From Octopus vulgaris (taxonomy: Eukaryota), in contig OX597836.1 in assembly GCA_951406725.2 (NCBI GenBank), positions 47,988,001 to 48,052,000 of the forward strand: a DNA stretch of 64,000 nucleotides, read 5' to 3'. Position 1 is the stretch's first letter. Every line of letters starts with the position of its first letter. A model generated the notes under the pieces. It saw only the letters and a program-made list of their open reading frames with translations. It made no database searches and was not told the origin of the DNA. Shown piece by piece: positions 12,291 to 24,760 of this stretch. A program made the translations under genes and the position numbers.

Positions 12291-12538
12291 GATAAGAAAA
12301 GAAATGACGCAGCAATTAACAATCAGAAGATGATCATTGGTACTAAATGGTCGTAGTTTAATTGTAGTTAAAATATCATTTACAACTGTTTCAGTTTGTT
12401 ATTTTTGTGGTTTGTTTCAGCTCATGATCTCAGATCAGGTTACTTGCTATGCAAGTACATCTCTGTAATAAACTATGGCCATTTAATACCAATGATCAAC
12501 TCCTAATTGTTAATTGTTGCTCTATTTCTTTTCTTATA
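12291..12538. repeat. Fold-back element with ~70-bp imperfect inverted arms
   Basis: ataagaaaagaaat..gcagcaattaacaat..gatcattggtactaaatggtcgtagttta versus taaactatggccatttaataccaatgatca..attgttaattgttgc..atttcttttcttat. Confidence 0.7.
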
Positions 12539-14141
12539 TGTATAAATATATATAGATATAGACAAGTTAGTATTAGAGAGCAGAAAAACAAAAATGATAT
12601 CAGAAGTTAGAAAAGGCTGAATGGATTGGAATGGCAGCAGGTATGTTGTTTATTCCAAAAGAAAGAGCTTGTAATTCTTAAAAAAAAAAAGAATAATATG
12701 TTTAAATCTTGAGACTATTCAAAATTTTAAAATCCTTATGGCAAAACCCCAACAATTTCTTTTCTTCAAATCTGCTTCCTTCAAATTAATTTCAGAGTAG
12801 TTTCCAATAACCAAATTGGAATATTTTCAGCTTATGATTTAGTATTAATCCATGATTTTAGTATCAACCCATGTCCAATTACGCAATTATATGTATGACT
12901 GTTTGCTAGAAAACATCAGAAAATCTGAACATTATCTGGATTATAAATCCCTTAAACCTTAAAAATAGTGGCGGATTCTGGACTTGGAAATATTGATACT
13001 AAATATGTTGCAATTTCTCAGGCAAAAAAAAAAAACTAAATGGATATAAGTGGAAAGGAATTAGAAATATTCTGTGTTTTTCTAGCATGTAAACAAGTAT
13101 CAAGGATATTCCTGCTTCCAAATAGAATTATCTATTTTCTCATCGCATAGCATTACATGTCTTCTGCCTGGTTTCATTGCTCAAATATTTGGTGGGGGTC
13201 TGTTATAAATGCATTGGTATTGAGCAGATTGTATAAAACTGACATTCATTTATGTAACTTTATAGTCTTGAGTTTATTTCTTTGTATACAGAGTTAAAAT
13301 GACCTCCTGTGTTGCTTTGCATTATCTACTATTATATCCACATTCCTTACACATTCTTTGCACAAGGAATGGATAATTTTTATTTGTTAATTCATTAATC
13401 ATTAAATATTGAACCAATGGCATGCCATAATCAATCCTTCCTGTCTGTTTATAATGCCTGCCGTCTCTTGTCTGGGCAGTGTGACATCTTTGCAGAGAGC
13501 TACCTTATTTCCCTAGACTGTCAATGTCTAAACACTTCTGCTGTCCCTGTCCCCCAATAAAGGAACGCGTAAACAACTGGAAGTCAGGAATTTCTGCCTA
13601 GCATAATGTGTGTGTGTGTGTGTGTGCTTCTTGTTACTGGGGACAAAGAATGTTTAGCCATTCTGGCAAACTTATCATAATCTATGTTAATTTATTCATG
13701 CAACTGACTGAAGCAAACATTTGTCGTGGCTGTTGTTGTTGTTGTTTTATGGCTGTTACCATACAAAAGCCGTACATAATGTGTGTCTCTCGTAAATTGA
13801 TTCCCTGTGTGAAGCTACTTAAAACTGCAGAGGCAATTTTTAACACAGTTCAATCCATGTTGCCTCTTTAAATTACACAACTGAGATTTATTATGTAGAG
13901 TTCAGTGAATTTGTTATGATAAGTAAATTGTTTCCAAATATTTTCATAATAATCCCAGGAGAAATATGTCAGATGTTTTAATAATTCTTCTGTTGTGTTT
14001 CAGCAATTCTTTGTTTTTTTTTATTTGGGTTTCTTGACCTTCTGCGAAGTTCCTTTTGTCGTAAATTAACTCTTACTTCTCCCCACTGAGATTTCTATTT
14101 GTCAACATCTGGCTTAGAGCTCTACAATAGCCCCTGACGTT

Positions 14142-14450
14142 GCACACACACACACACACGTAGTTGTATGTATGTATGTATATTTGTGTTTATGTGTATG
14201 TGTTTGTGTGTATGTATATATATATATATATATATATAGTGTGTGTGTATAGTGTGTGTGTGTGTGTGTATATATATATAGTGTGTGTGTGTATATATAT
14301 AGTGTGTGTGTGTGTATATATATAGTGTGTGTGTGTATATATATATATTGTGTGTGTGTATATATTGTGTGTGTGTATGTGTGTGTGTGTGTGTATATAT
14401 ATATATAGTGTGTGTGTGTGTGTGTGTGTATATTGTGTGTGTGTGTGTAT
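14142..14450. repeat. Compound (TG)n/(TA)n microsatellite
   Basis: Directly visible. Confidence 0.95.
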
Positions 14451-14515
14451 TGTCAGCAGAATCCTCTTCAGCCCAATCCTCTTCAAAATCCTCTTCTGCC
14501 AGCTCGCTGCCTTTT

Positions 14516-14744
14516 GGCGGTGAGCTGGCAGAAACGTTAGCATGTCGGGCGAAATGCTTTACGGTATTTCGTCTGTTGCTACGTTCTGAGTTCAAATTCC
14601 GCCAAGGTCGACTTTGCCTTTCATTCTTTCGGGGTCGATAAATTAAGTACCAGTTACGCACTGGAGTCGATGTAATCGACTTAATACCTATGTCTGTCTT
14701 TGTTTGTCCCTTCTGTTTAGCCCCTTGTGGGCAATAAAGAAATA
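14516..14744 (+). mobile_element. SINE family A, full length, with an 18-bp TSD and a complex 5' junction
   Basis: TSD agaatcctcttcagccca at 14458-14475 and 14745-14762. Confidence 0.88.
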
Positions 14745-14979
14745 AGAATCCTCTTCAGCCCATAACAAAAATATGTCAAAACTATTTTCTAGCAAGCAAA
14801 ACTTTTTGCTTAGCGACATTTTGATAGAAGCATTAATGGAATTCATTATTTCACTCATTTCAGTTCTATTCATTTATATTAATGGTGTTCTTTTCTCTTT
14901 TTTTTCTTCTTAGCATGTATATATTACTCCTACATTAATGTGCCATTAGTGTACATGTCTAAAATATTAATTCTCTGTG

Positions 14980-15044
14980 TCCGTCTGTCTATTTCCCTCC
15001 CCTATCTATCTATCCATCTATCTATCTATCTATCCATCTATCTA

Positions 15045-15084
<40 letters not shown>

Positions 15085-15168
15085 TCTATCTTATCATCTA
15101 TCTATCTATCCATCTATCTGTCTGTCTATCTATCTATCTATCTCTATATCTATTTATCTATCTGTCTA

Positions 15169-15203
<35 letters not shown>

Positions 15204-15363
15204 GTCTGTCTCTATCTATCTATCTATCTATCTATCCACCTCTTTCTCTCCTCTATCTATCTATCTGTCTGTCTGTCTGTCTGTCTATCTGTTTATCTAT
15301 CTATCTATCTGTCTCTCTGTCTATCTATCTATCTATCTGTCTCTCTGTCTATCTATCTATCTA

Positions 15364-15399
<36 letters not shown>

Positions 15400-15415
15400 T
15401 CTGTCTATCTCTACC
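14980..15415. repeat. (CTAT)n/(CTGT)n tetranucleotide microsatellite
   Basis: Directly visible; explains the IYLS/VCLS ORFs. Confidence 0.95.
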
Positions 15416-15978
15416 AACCACCCACCCACCCACCCAGCCAACATGAAAGGAGGACATATATATCAAACACAATGCTAAAACATAAATGAAGGTTGAGTGA
15501 GACAAAAGAACCATTGTCAGCAATAACATTTCATTGAAACAAAATCCCTCTCTGCTATTTATTCTATTCACCAATGTTTGGAATAATTGCTATGGTAATA
15601 CCATTAACTTTCAAAAATATTTAACACCACAGCCACACATTAAAATGATATCTCTCTGTTGGAAACATTACACATTCTTTCATTTTGAACACCTCCATTT
15701 AGCCTGGTATGTCCAGGCAGCAAAAGGACAACTGGTAGAGCATTGGATAGAATATCTCATGCTACTTGTTCTGATCCTCTGAGATCTAGGTTCAAATCAC
15801 ACTGGAGTCATCTTTACATTTCATCCTTTTAAGGCTCAGTAAAAAGGTACCAACCCAAGGTTAATGGATTTCATTAAATGGTTAAGAGAGGTGGTGTCTT
15901 GGGAAATGTTTGTGTGTGTGTGTGTGTTTGCCACCCATGCCAGAATGGAAGGCAGATGTTAAACAATGATGATGATGA

Positions 15979-16022
<44 letters not shown>

Positions 16023-16046
16023 CAGCTTATATGATGATATATACAC

Positions 16047-16077
<31 letters not shown>

Positions 16078-16133
16078 GGCGCAGGAGTGGCTATGTGGTA
16101 AGAAACTTGGTAATGGTTTTTCTTATATATTTA

Positions 16134-16244
<111 letters not shown>

Positions 16245-17036
16245 TAAAATGTAATTTTTTCCCAAATAAATTGCACTTCATATTCGAGATTCTGATGAAG
16301 ATATACGGTGTTACTCATGCACTCAGCTATGAGTCCACTGCATCTTACAGCAGAAACAGCTGTAAGCTAATGGAATTCAGGGCATCCAACAGGAGAAACT
16401 TTGCCAGACCAGACTGGAGCCTGGTACAGCCTTCTGGCTCACCAATCTTCAGTCAAACCGTCCAACCCATGACAACATGGAAAGCGGATGTTAAACGATG
16501 ATGATGATGATGATATACATGCGTGTGTGCACGCACACACACACACACACACATGCATAGCATACATATAGATACATACACATAATTTGCTTGTGATGCA
16601 TAACTGCATGTTCCCCACTTCCTTTTGCCATTCCTCATCATCTTCCTGTTGCCTCCGTTTATATAAGTGACATGGATCACTTTATTTTCTATTACTCAAA
16701 CCGTTGACCGTTGCCAGACATTCCTCTCGTAAATTTATATCACAATAAGCACACGTGTTTTCCTGTTACGTCAATTTATTCATTTTACTCTGCATTCTAC
16801 CACTTTAAAGCTAACTCCCCACACCATTTCCATGTCCACTGCATACGCTTGAACTCTTTCTTCTGTGCCCCCCCAACCCTATCGTCTGTATCAGTATCAG
16901 ATGGTAATATAATGGCATAGCACCCCACCCATGACATTGGGGATGTTAATGAATTAATAACTATTGGTTATCATTTATTTAGTTATATATAAATAATGCT
17001 TGTACGCTAGACCCTTTTATAGTAAATTGTACACTA

Positions 17037-17433
17037 GACATAGGAGTGGCTGTGTGGTAAGTAGCTTGTTTACCAACCACCTGGTTCTGGGTTCAGTCCC
17101 ACTGTGTGGCACCTTGGGCACGTGTCTTCTACTATAGCCTCGGGCCGACTAAAGCCTTGTGAGTGGATTTGGTAGACGAAAACTGAAAGAAGCCTGTTGT
17201 ATATATTTATATGTGTGTGTGTGAGTTTGTTTGTCTGCATTTGTCCCCGCAACATCGCTTGACAGCCGATGCTGGTGTGCTTATGTCCACGTCACTTAGC
17301 GGTTCGGCAAAGAGACCGATAGAATAAGTACTGGGCTTACAAAGAATAAGTCCCGGGGTTGAGTTGCTCGATTAAAGGCGGTGCTCCGGCATGGCCGCGG
17401 TCAAATGACTGAAACAAGTAAAAGAGTAAAAGA
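17037..17433 (+). mobile_element. SINE family B, near full length
   Basis: aggagtggctgtgtggtaagtagc...gggttcagtccc...gaaacaagtaaaagagtaaaaga. Confidence 0.88.
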
Positions 17434-17604
17434 GAGAGAGAGACCCTTTGATGGTAAATTAAATGCAAGGAAAAATTTAATAATGGTTGCAAATCTGCCA
17501 ACTGCTGGCAAACCATGGCACAGCCATTCTTATCCCTCACAGGTGCTGACATAGTCACGCACTAATGAACCAACTGCCAAACAACATTCTTATAAAAGAT
17601 TCAT

Positions 17605-17635
<31 letters not shown>

Positions 17636-17662
17636 CATGTTACGTACTGTGGATTCCAAAAC

Positions 17663-18000
17663 TTTAGGATGGCAACCATGAATGTGGGCATAAGGAAAGG
17701 TAGGTCTGGTGAGATTGTGGAAATGCTGGAGTTGAGATGAGTGGATGTATGCTGTGTGCAAGAGGTAAGATGGAGTAGGTCCTCAACCAAACTCCTCAGG
17801 CAAAAAACAGAAATAACTCTTCTGGGTGAGTAATAGTGATGGTGAAGATGGAGTATGCATACTGTTAGCTGAGAAATAGATAGAAAATGTAATTGAGGTA
17901 ATCAGGCTAAGTGATAGGATAATCAAAATAAGACTAATTATATCAACTTAGTAATCACAGTTATCTCAGCATATGCCTCACATATGGGATTAACAGAAGG
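17663..18000 (+). mobile_element. Decayed LINE (RTE-clade-like) AP-endonuclease fragment
   Basis: Translation with stops and frameshifts: FRMATMNVG..GRSGEIVEML..VDVCCVQEVRW...GVCILLAEK..VIRLSDRIIKIRL..VITVISAYA. These are the NV, QE, SDR and SAYAP motifs of LINE APE domains. Confidence 0.78.
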
Positions 18001-18650
18001 ATCACTTCTGTGAGGCTCTCCTGCAGCCTACCCTATCGTACGTCATCTCTCTCTTATCCACCTCCTGCTATCCTGCTGCTCTCATCTGCATCCCTAAATT
18101 TTTCCCAACTCCTGCACCATTGGCCGTCCCCTACCCTTCTATCCATTTGCCAAGCTGTTTCTTCCCTCCCTTCTATTTCCCCAATCTCTTGTTTCCTCAT
18201 ACATTCTTGCATTGCCCCCACCCATTCACACTCCTAGTTACTCTGCTTCCCATCCACTTCTACTCGTCTCAAACCTTAAAGTGCCACCTGGATTGACACC
18301 TCATCCTTACTCGTTTATTCTCACTCTCTTTCTCTGAAATGCAAGCAGCTGTTTAGCCCCTCTTCAACAACAACCTACTCTGCCCAACCCTCGTCTCCTC
18401 ACCTAAATATCCTCCCCCTTCCACGCACACACATACCTCAGGGTTTTCTTGTGAGTTGCATGGTGACCTCACTTGTGGCAGTGATACAAGAAAAGCACCC
18501 AGAACATATTCTGAAGTGGTTGGCATTAGGAAGGGCATCCAGCTGTAGAAACCAGGCAAATGTAGACACCGGAGCATGATGCAGTCTTTGAATACATCAA
18601 ATCCTGTCAAACTGTCTTCCAATCCATTCCAGAATGGAACATGGATGTTA

Positions 18651-18683
<33 letters not shown>

Positions 18684-21455
18684 GGTAGTGGTGGCAGTTG
18701 TGTGTGTGTGTGTGCAGATATTAGATGCCCATTGTTTGCCTGCAGTGAAATATTATAAGGCAGTGATGTTTGTTCAATATTAATTTCATTTCTTGAGATT
18801 AATAATTTATCTGGAATAATTATGGATGACCTTGGGTGCTATAAAAATTCAGTTTGTCTTTATTTCCTTTTTAGTTATATAGTTTTCAAAATTGCTACTG
18901 AAGTGGGGACAGGGTTAAAAGCCATAGAGTAAAGAAATACATATAAGATTCATTTTAAATGTGAGTTTTATGTTAATATCTTTAGGCAGGAATATTAATT
19001 CTCAAAACTTAAAATGTTTCCATTTATATCTTGTTATTAAAATATTTGAAATTCTTTCATTCATATTTCTTACTGCTATTTTCCGTTCATCTTCTCAGCT
19101 GAAGTCAAGAAATTAAATATTTAATCGAGAAGAGTAATTTCTTCCTAGATTTAGGGCAAAGTATAAAGTTAATAACTTCTCTTTAAGCAGATTGGGTTAT
19201 GTGGTAGAATGGTGGAATGGTAAGTTCTCGCTGAAACAAGTTTGCAATCTAATTTCAAATCCTTGGTGGGCCACCATATTTTAGGAAATTTCTATGCAGA
19301 TTTTTTCATCTGCTAGAAATAACAGTCAGTATCCTTCAAATCATATCTCAAGTGTCTTAAGTATGGAAAGGCCACATTAAAAATGTATTGTTATATTCTC
19401 CTAAAAACAGGGTTGGATGTTATGGCTGGAATGATATTGTTTGTAGATGTTTTTTTTTAATTTTCATACTGATACAGGGTTGACTCGGGGATAATTTGGG
19501 ATGATGCAAGTCAGTGTGATGGGTTAGGGGAGAATGTGTTGTGTGGGTGAGTTGGTGCAGAAGGGCGATGCACTGCTTGCTAGTTTAGAGATGAAACAAG
19601 TGAAGGCATTGAGGAAGGTTATGAAACACGAGACATGGTCTAAGAATATGAAAACACAGAGTTTGAAATGTAAGTTGTATGCATGATTGCCACAAGGGAT
19701 CATCTGGGATTGGTGGCTGAGCTTTTGAAAAAGTTCTGAAGAAAGGAAAGCGTTGTAGATGGGTTTCTTTGACATTTGTAGTGGTTGTGTTTATGGTGTT
19801 GTTGACGGAAACCAGGTTGTCATCATGTACCACTGGAAGATGTCTCCAGCGTTTTTTCTTTGTATCTGCTGGGTTTACAGATGCAGGCGTGGCTGTGTGG
19901 TTCAGAAGTTTGCTTCCCAACTGCATGGTTTCAGGTTCAGTCCCACTGCATGGCACTTTGGGCAAGTTTTTTTCTATTGTATTCCTGGGCTGCCAAAGCC
20001 TTGTTAATGACTTCAGTTGATGGAAACTGAAAGAAGCCCATTGTGTATGTATTGCCTTCTCTCTTCATGTCATGTGAAAGTTGCAGAATGAGTGTCACAA
20101 GTGTTGTTGTTCCTTCGCAGTGTATCTGAGGCTGGTGGAGAGAACTCCATGCAGGCGGATCTCCATGTGGAACTCCAGTGACCAGACAAGTCTTCATGCT
20201 TAGTAGTGATTGTGTGAGTTGATATGGTAGGACTTGAAAGGCAAGCTGTTGTTTTCAGCCCTGGTCAATGGGATCTATGATCAACACTATTCCACATATG
20301 ATGATCCTGTCTTTTTCCTAGCCACAATGGATTCAAGATCCTTTTCATTTTTACCCATTAGGATATAATTTGAGGGAGATATGGGTGCTATTTCTAGCTA
20401 GTGAAGTGATTGTGTAAAGGCTCCCTCGTTGGTTCATTGAGAAATATGTTTATTGAAAGGGTGAATGAACGGTGACTGTAAGAAGAGATTTTTGCTGACT
20501 TCACATGGTGAATAGTGACTGTAAAAGGTGCTGTTGTTGACTTGACAGGGCAAACAGTGACTGTAAGAGGTATTGCTAACTTGACAGGGTCAGTGGTGGT
20601 TGTAAGAGGTATCTTTTACATCTTGCCAGTTGCTTTCTTCCTTCTTATCATCTCTGCCATCTCCAGGATTTGCTTTTTAACTTGACAATCATTTAAAATA
20701 TTTAACTCTTAGTAATTAATTTTTCTTATGAAAATAATCAAAATATCTAACTGGATTTTTTTGGTTCTTTATGTAAAACAAACATAAAAGCTACAACATC
20801 TCAGGAATTCTTTAGGACTCATAAAATCAAATATTTGATCAGAATTTCTAGCAGTGTCCTCATTCAAAACTTTAGTCATAGATATTTTTTTCATTTCAAC
20901 ACAGGAAATGTACAGAAGATTTTTCTTTTTTTTTTTCCATTTCTTGACTGGATCACAGACTGACATTCTTTGCTCTGAGATTATTCACTTCATTTGGAAA
21001 AGAACCGACACCATTCAGTCTAAATAAACAAGATGTCTTAAACTGGTTTCTTAATAGTTGTTTGAAAATAAGTGATAATTCCCTGCTAAGCTATTCCAGT
21101 CAGTCCAATAAATATTAAATTTTCTCAAGGGCAGGGGGAGGGGGGATGCTTAAAAGAAGTTAAGTAGCAATCTCTTAAAATAATATTAGATGGGTTTGCA
21201 TGAATTCCTAAAGCTACTTCATGTTAATGAATGCTAGAGGTGTAGAGGTGGATGGGGGGAGCGAGGGGGGATGTCTTGGTAGTGAAAAGACTGGAAAGGA
21301 ATGTTCTTGTTGCTGTTATCATTGTGTCAGTTTAGTGACATGACCTGTTGTAAAAAAATAGGGTGAGTGGTTGTCTCTTTAATATTGCAGTTAATGGAAC
21401 CATGTAGAGGTGCCAGACAAAATGTGTTGCTGTATTTTGTTATGTCCCTCTAGAG

Positions 21456-21584
21456 CAGGCATGGGCAACCTTTATCAAGACGTGGGCTGTATGGTACATG
21501 GCTCATCATTAAGGTGGGACTCACAACTGAAAAGAATTTTCATTAGTCATGCCACTCAGAAAGTCCTACAGGTAGATATGACTG
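21456..21584. mobile_element. hAT/Charlie-like MITE, internally deleted (same family as 63138-63303, opposite orientation)
   Basis: End caggcatgggcaacctt; imperfect 8-bp flanks ctctagag / ctctaaat, typical of Charlie-type targets. Confidence 0.5.
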
Positions 21585-22968
21585 CTCTAAATTCCAGTTC
21601 AAGCCCTGCTATTGTAAACTTTTAAAACAAACACTAGCATTAGGAAGGGCATCTGGTTGTAGAAACCATCCCAAAACTGACATGGAACCAGGGTAGCTCT
21701 TTGGCTGCCAGCTCCTGTCAAACTGTCCAACCCATACCAGCATGGAAAATGGACGTTACATGATGATGGTGATGACTAGTCAAGTACAGAGGTCAATAGA
21801 ATTGGTTGTACTCTATTCTCAAAACGTCTCTGGAGGCCTTCTGCCCATGTTTAAAGTCATTAGACACAACAACCTTGTCTTTTCACAATAACCTTCGTTA
21901 CTTGCACATGGACGTGTGCAGGATGTGTTTGAGAGCAGCTGAAACTTGAACTATGAAGAGAGAGCTTCAAAATCTCTTTGATGGTTCAGTCACCAGGATT
22001 CTTAGCAGGGCTTAAAATATCTCATGCTGTCAGCACAAGAAGGATATTTCTGGACACATTCCACCCATCTTGTACAGCATAAGCTTTGCTGGTCACTGCT
22101 GCTGCACTGGACAACAGACCATTTCAGATATTTTACTTTGGAAAGACTTCTACACACAAATAGGGGACAAATGATCACAATGGGGTTAACCCCTTTGTTG
22201 CCATTAACAGAGATACACATGAAACTGAGAATCTACCAAAGCTAATGGGAGACAGAAGCATTTGGTACAGCGTTGTGAGAGATGTTTCTCAGTTGTGGCC
22301 GTTTAATTGGTTTTACTAACTCAACTCCAGTTTCATTACAATCTGTAATGGCTTTCAAATATATCATATTTATCTCTCCAATGTATCCTGTCTATCAACT
22401 CAGACGTGCATTTAATCTGTATAAAATCTATGTAGGAGAGTCACTGAAGTGTGTGATATCTAGAAATGTCATTGAAATATCAGGTTTATCACTGAGAATA
22501 ATATTCAAGCATGTGATATCTCTGTTTATGAAGAATTCTTCTCAAGTGCCAGATGTGTAGATGAGTAGGCTGTTGAAGTGTACTATGTCTAGCTTGGAAT
22601 ATTATCGGCGAATGGGTTATAAATGTTTATAATTGTCCAATTAATTGCATAATTGTTCTCTTTTCTTTTTCTGATCTCATCCAGAGAAATGATAGATTGT
22701 CGTGTAACATTAAGACAAAGTAGAATTTTGTTAAGTGATTAATTTAGTAAATGGTCTTCTGTAAGAGAGAAGAGACATTTTTGCAGAGTTCCAATTACAG
22801 AATGTTATTCCATAATTGGTTCAACCCGAGTATTATATGCAAGAAAAAAATAGCCTGGTGATGATCATGTGTGTGTGTGTGTGTGTGTGTACACGATGGA
22901 CTTCTTTCGGTTTTCCTCTGCCAAATTCATTCACAAGGCAATGGTTGGTTTGGGGCTATATTAGAAGA

Positions 22969-23204
22969 TTAAAGCGGCGAACTGGCAGACACGTTAGCAC
23001 TCCGGGCGGAATGCTTAGCGGTATTTCGTCTGTCGTTACGTTCTGAGTTCAAATTCCACCGAGGTCGACTTTGCCTTTCATCCTTTCGGGGTCGATAAAT
23101 AAAAGTACCAGTTTCGCACTGGGGTTGATGTAATCGACTTAATCCCTTTGTCTGTCCTTGTTTGTCCTCTCTATGTTTAGCCCCTTGTGGGCAATAAAGA
23201 AATA
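22969..23204 (+). mobile_element. SINE family A nested in a minus-strand family B SINE (~22870-23300)
   Basis: 12-bp TSD tatattagaaga at 22957-22968 and 23205-23216; the host sequence ggggctata|ttagaagacac resumes after the insert. Confidence 0.85.
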
Positions 23205-24052
23205 TATATTAGAAGACACCTGGGGTGCCGTGCAGTGGGACTGAACCGAAAACCATATGGCTACAAAGTGAGCTTCTTAACCCCACAGCCATACCTATGT
23301 CACACTTGTTCCATTCTTACCAATGTCCCCAATGTCTCATTCTCCGCCATCTTTCTTTATCCTGATCCAGTTATAGTCTTTGCTGCTGTTGTTTAACCCT
23401 AGGACAGTCCTAAGCAGTGACTTCTGTAGTATGGAGATGGGGAGGGAGTCACTGAAATGGCTAAGTGCAATCCCTAGGAAGTGATGCAGGTTGGACATTT
23501 AGTTAAAAAGTTCTTTCCAATCATGCAGTTTTGGGTTCAATCCCACTACACAGCACACCCTGGGCAAGTGCCTTCTCCAGTAGCCTCAGCTCTCCCTAAG
23601 CCTAGGGAGTGGAAATGGGTCCAGGGAATGTGTGTATGAACTTGTGAACTGGATGTGCTTGTGTCACATAGATTCTGCCCAAGGATACATTAAAAGTACA
23701 AGTGTCCATGGAATACTCAGCCACATAAAACTATGATTCAATGAGTAGGTGATTCTGTTGGTTGAACAACTGGGACACACTCATCATTGAAATCAAGACA
23801 AGATCAGTGATGACGCATAAATTCCTTCACCGTCATCAGTTCACACGATGTCAACAACATTTTGGTCGTTTATGTCAATAAAGTAAATACCAGTTATACA
23901 AGTGGGTAGAGTCTGTTATATCAGCTGATTTGCAAAGGTTAATATGTGTCTGGCCGAAATAAATCAATATTTACATAAATATGTTAATTGCGAAGATGAA
24001 TAATTCTGGCTTAGAAAGCAGTTTTCTGAAACGAACTTATGGAAGTTCTCTT

Positions 24053-24117
24053 TGTGTGCGTGTATGTGTGTGTGTGTGGGTGTGTGGGTGTCTCTGTGTG
24101 TGTATGTGTGTGTGTGG

Positions 24118-24192
<75 letters not shown>

Positions 24193-24394
24193 TCTGTGTG
24201 AGTGTCTGTGTGTGTGTGTGTGTGAATTTCAACACTTTACATTTGTCTGCAGGGTGTAATCTGCATTGTTACTTCTGCACCAGTTTGTCGTCTCTCTCCT
24301 CCATCACCATGCAGTCCTGTACACAAAAGATACACGATTTAATTTGCCTTTTGGAACAAGAACAGAAATATATACATATCCACACACACACATT

Positions 24395-24430
<36 letters not shown>

Positions 24431-24760
24431 CTACCTCCCCTTCCACCCCCTCTCACCCCTTCCCTCTCTCTATATATATTTGTTTGCTTGTTTCAATAAG
24501 ACTAACTGCTTCTGACAGACACACACCCCACACACATACACATGCATGCACACACACATCACATATATAATACATACACATACGCACACACACACACACA
24601 TGCATGCACACACACATCACATATATAATACATACATATGCACGTGCACACACACACACACATGCATGCATGCACACAGACACATCACATATATAATACA
24701 TACACATGCACACACACACACACATGCATGCACACATGCATGCACACACACGCACACATA
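24053..24760. repeat. (TG)n, (CT)n and a higher-order (CA/TA) compound microsatellite cluster
   Basis: Directly visible; the unit catgcatgcacacacacatcacatatataatacatacaca recurs three times in 24541-24760. Confidence 0.9.

Noticed and set aside
14940-15489. Hydrophobic 168-170 aa ORFs
   Set aside because: (CTAT/CTGT)n microsatellite artefact.
16590-16915. Possible solo LTR (TG start, TATA-like and AATAA motifs)
   Set aside because: No clear CA end, TSD or second copy in the window.
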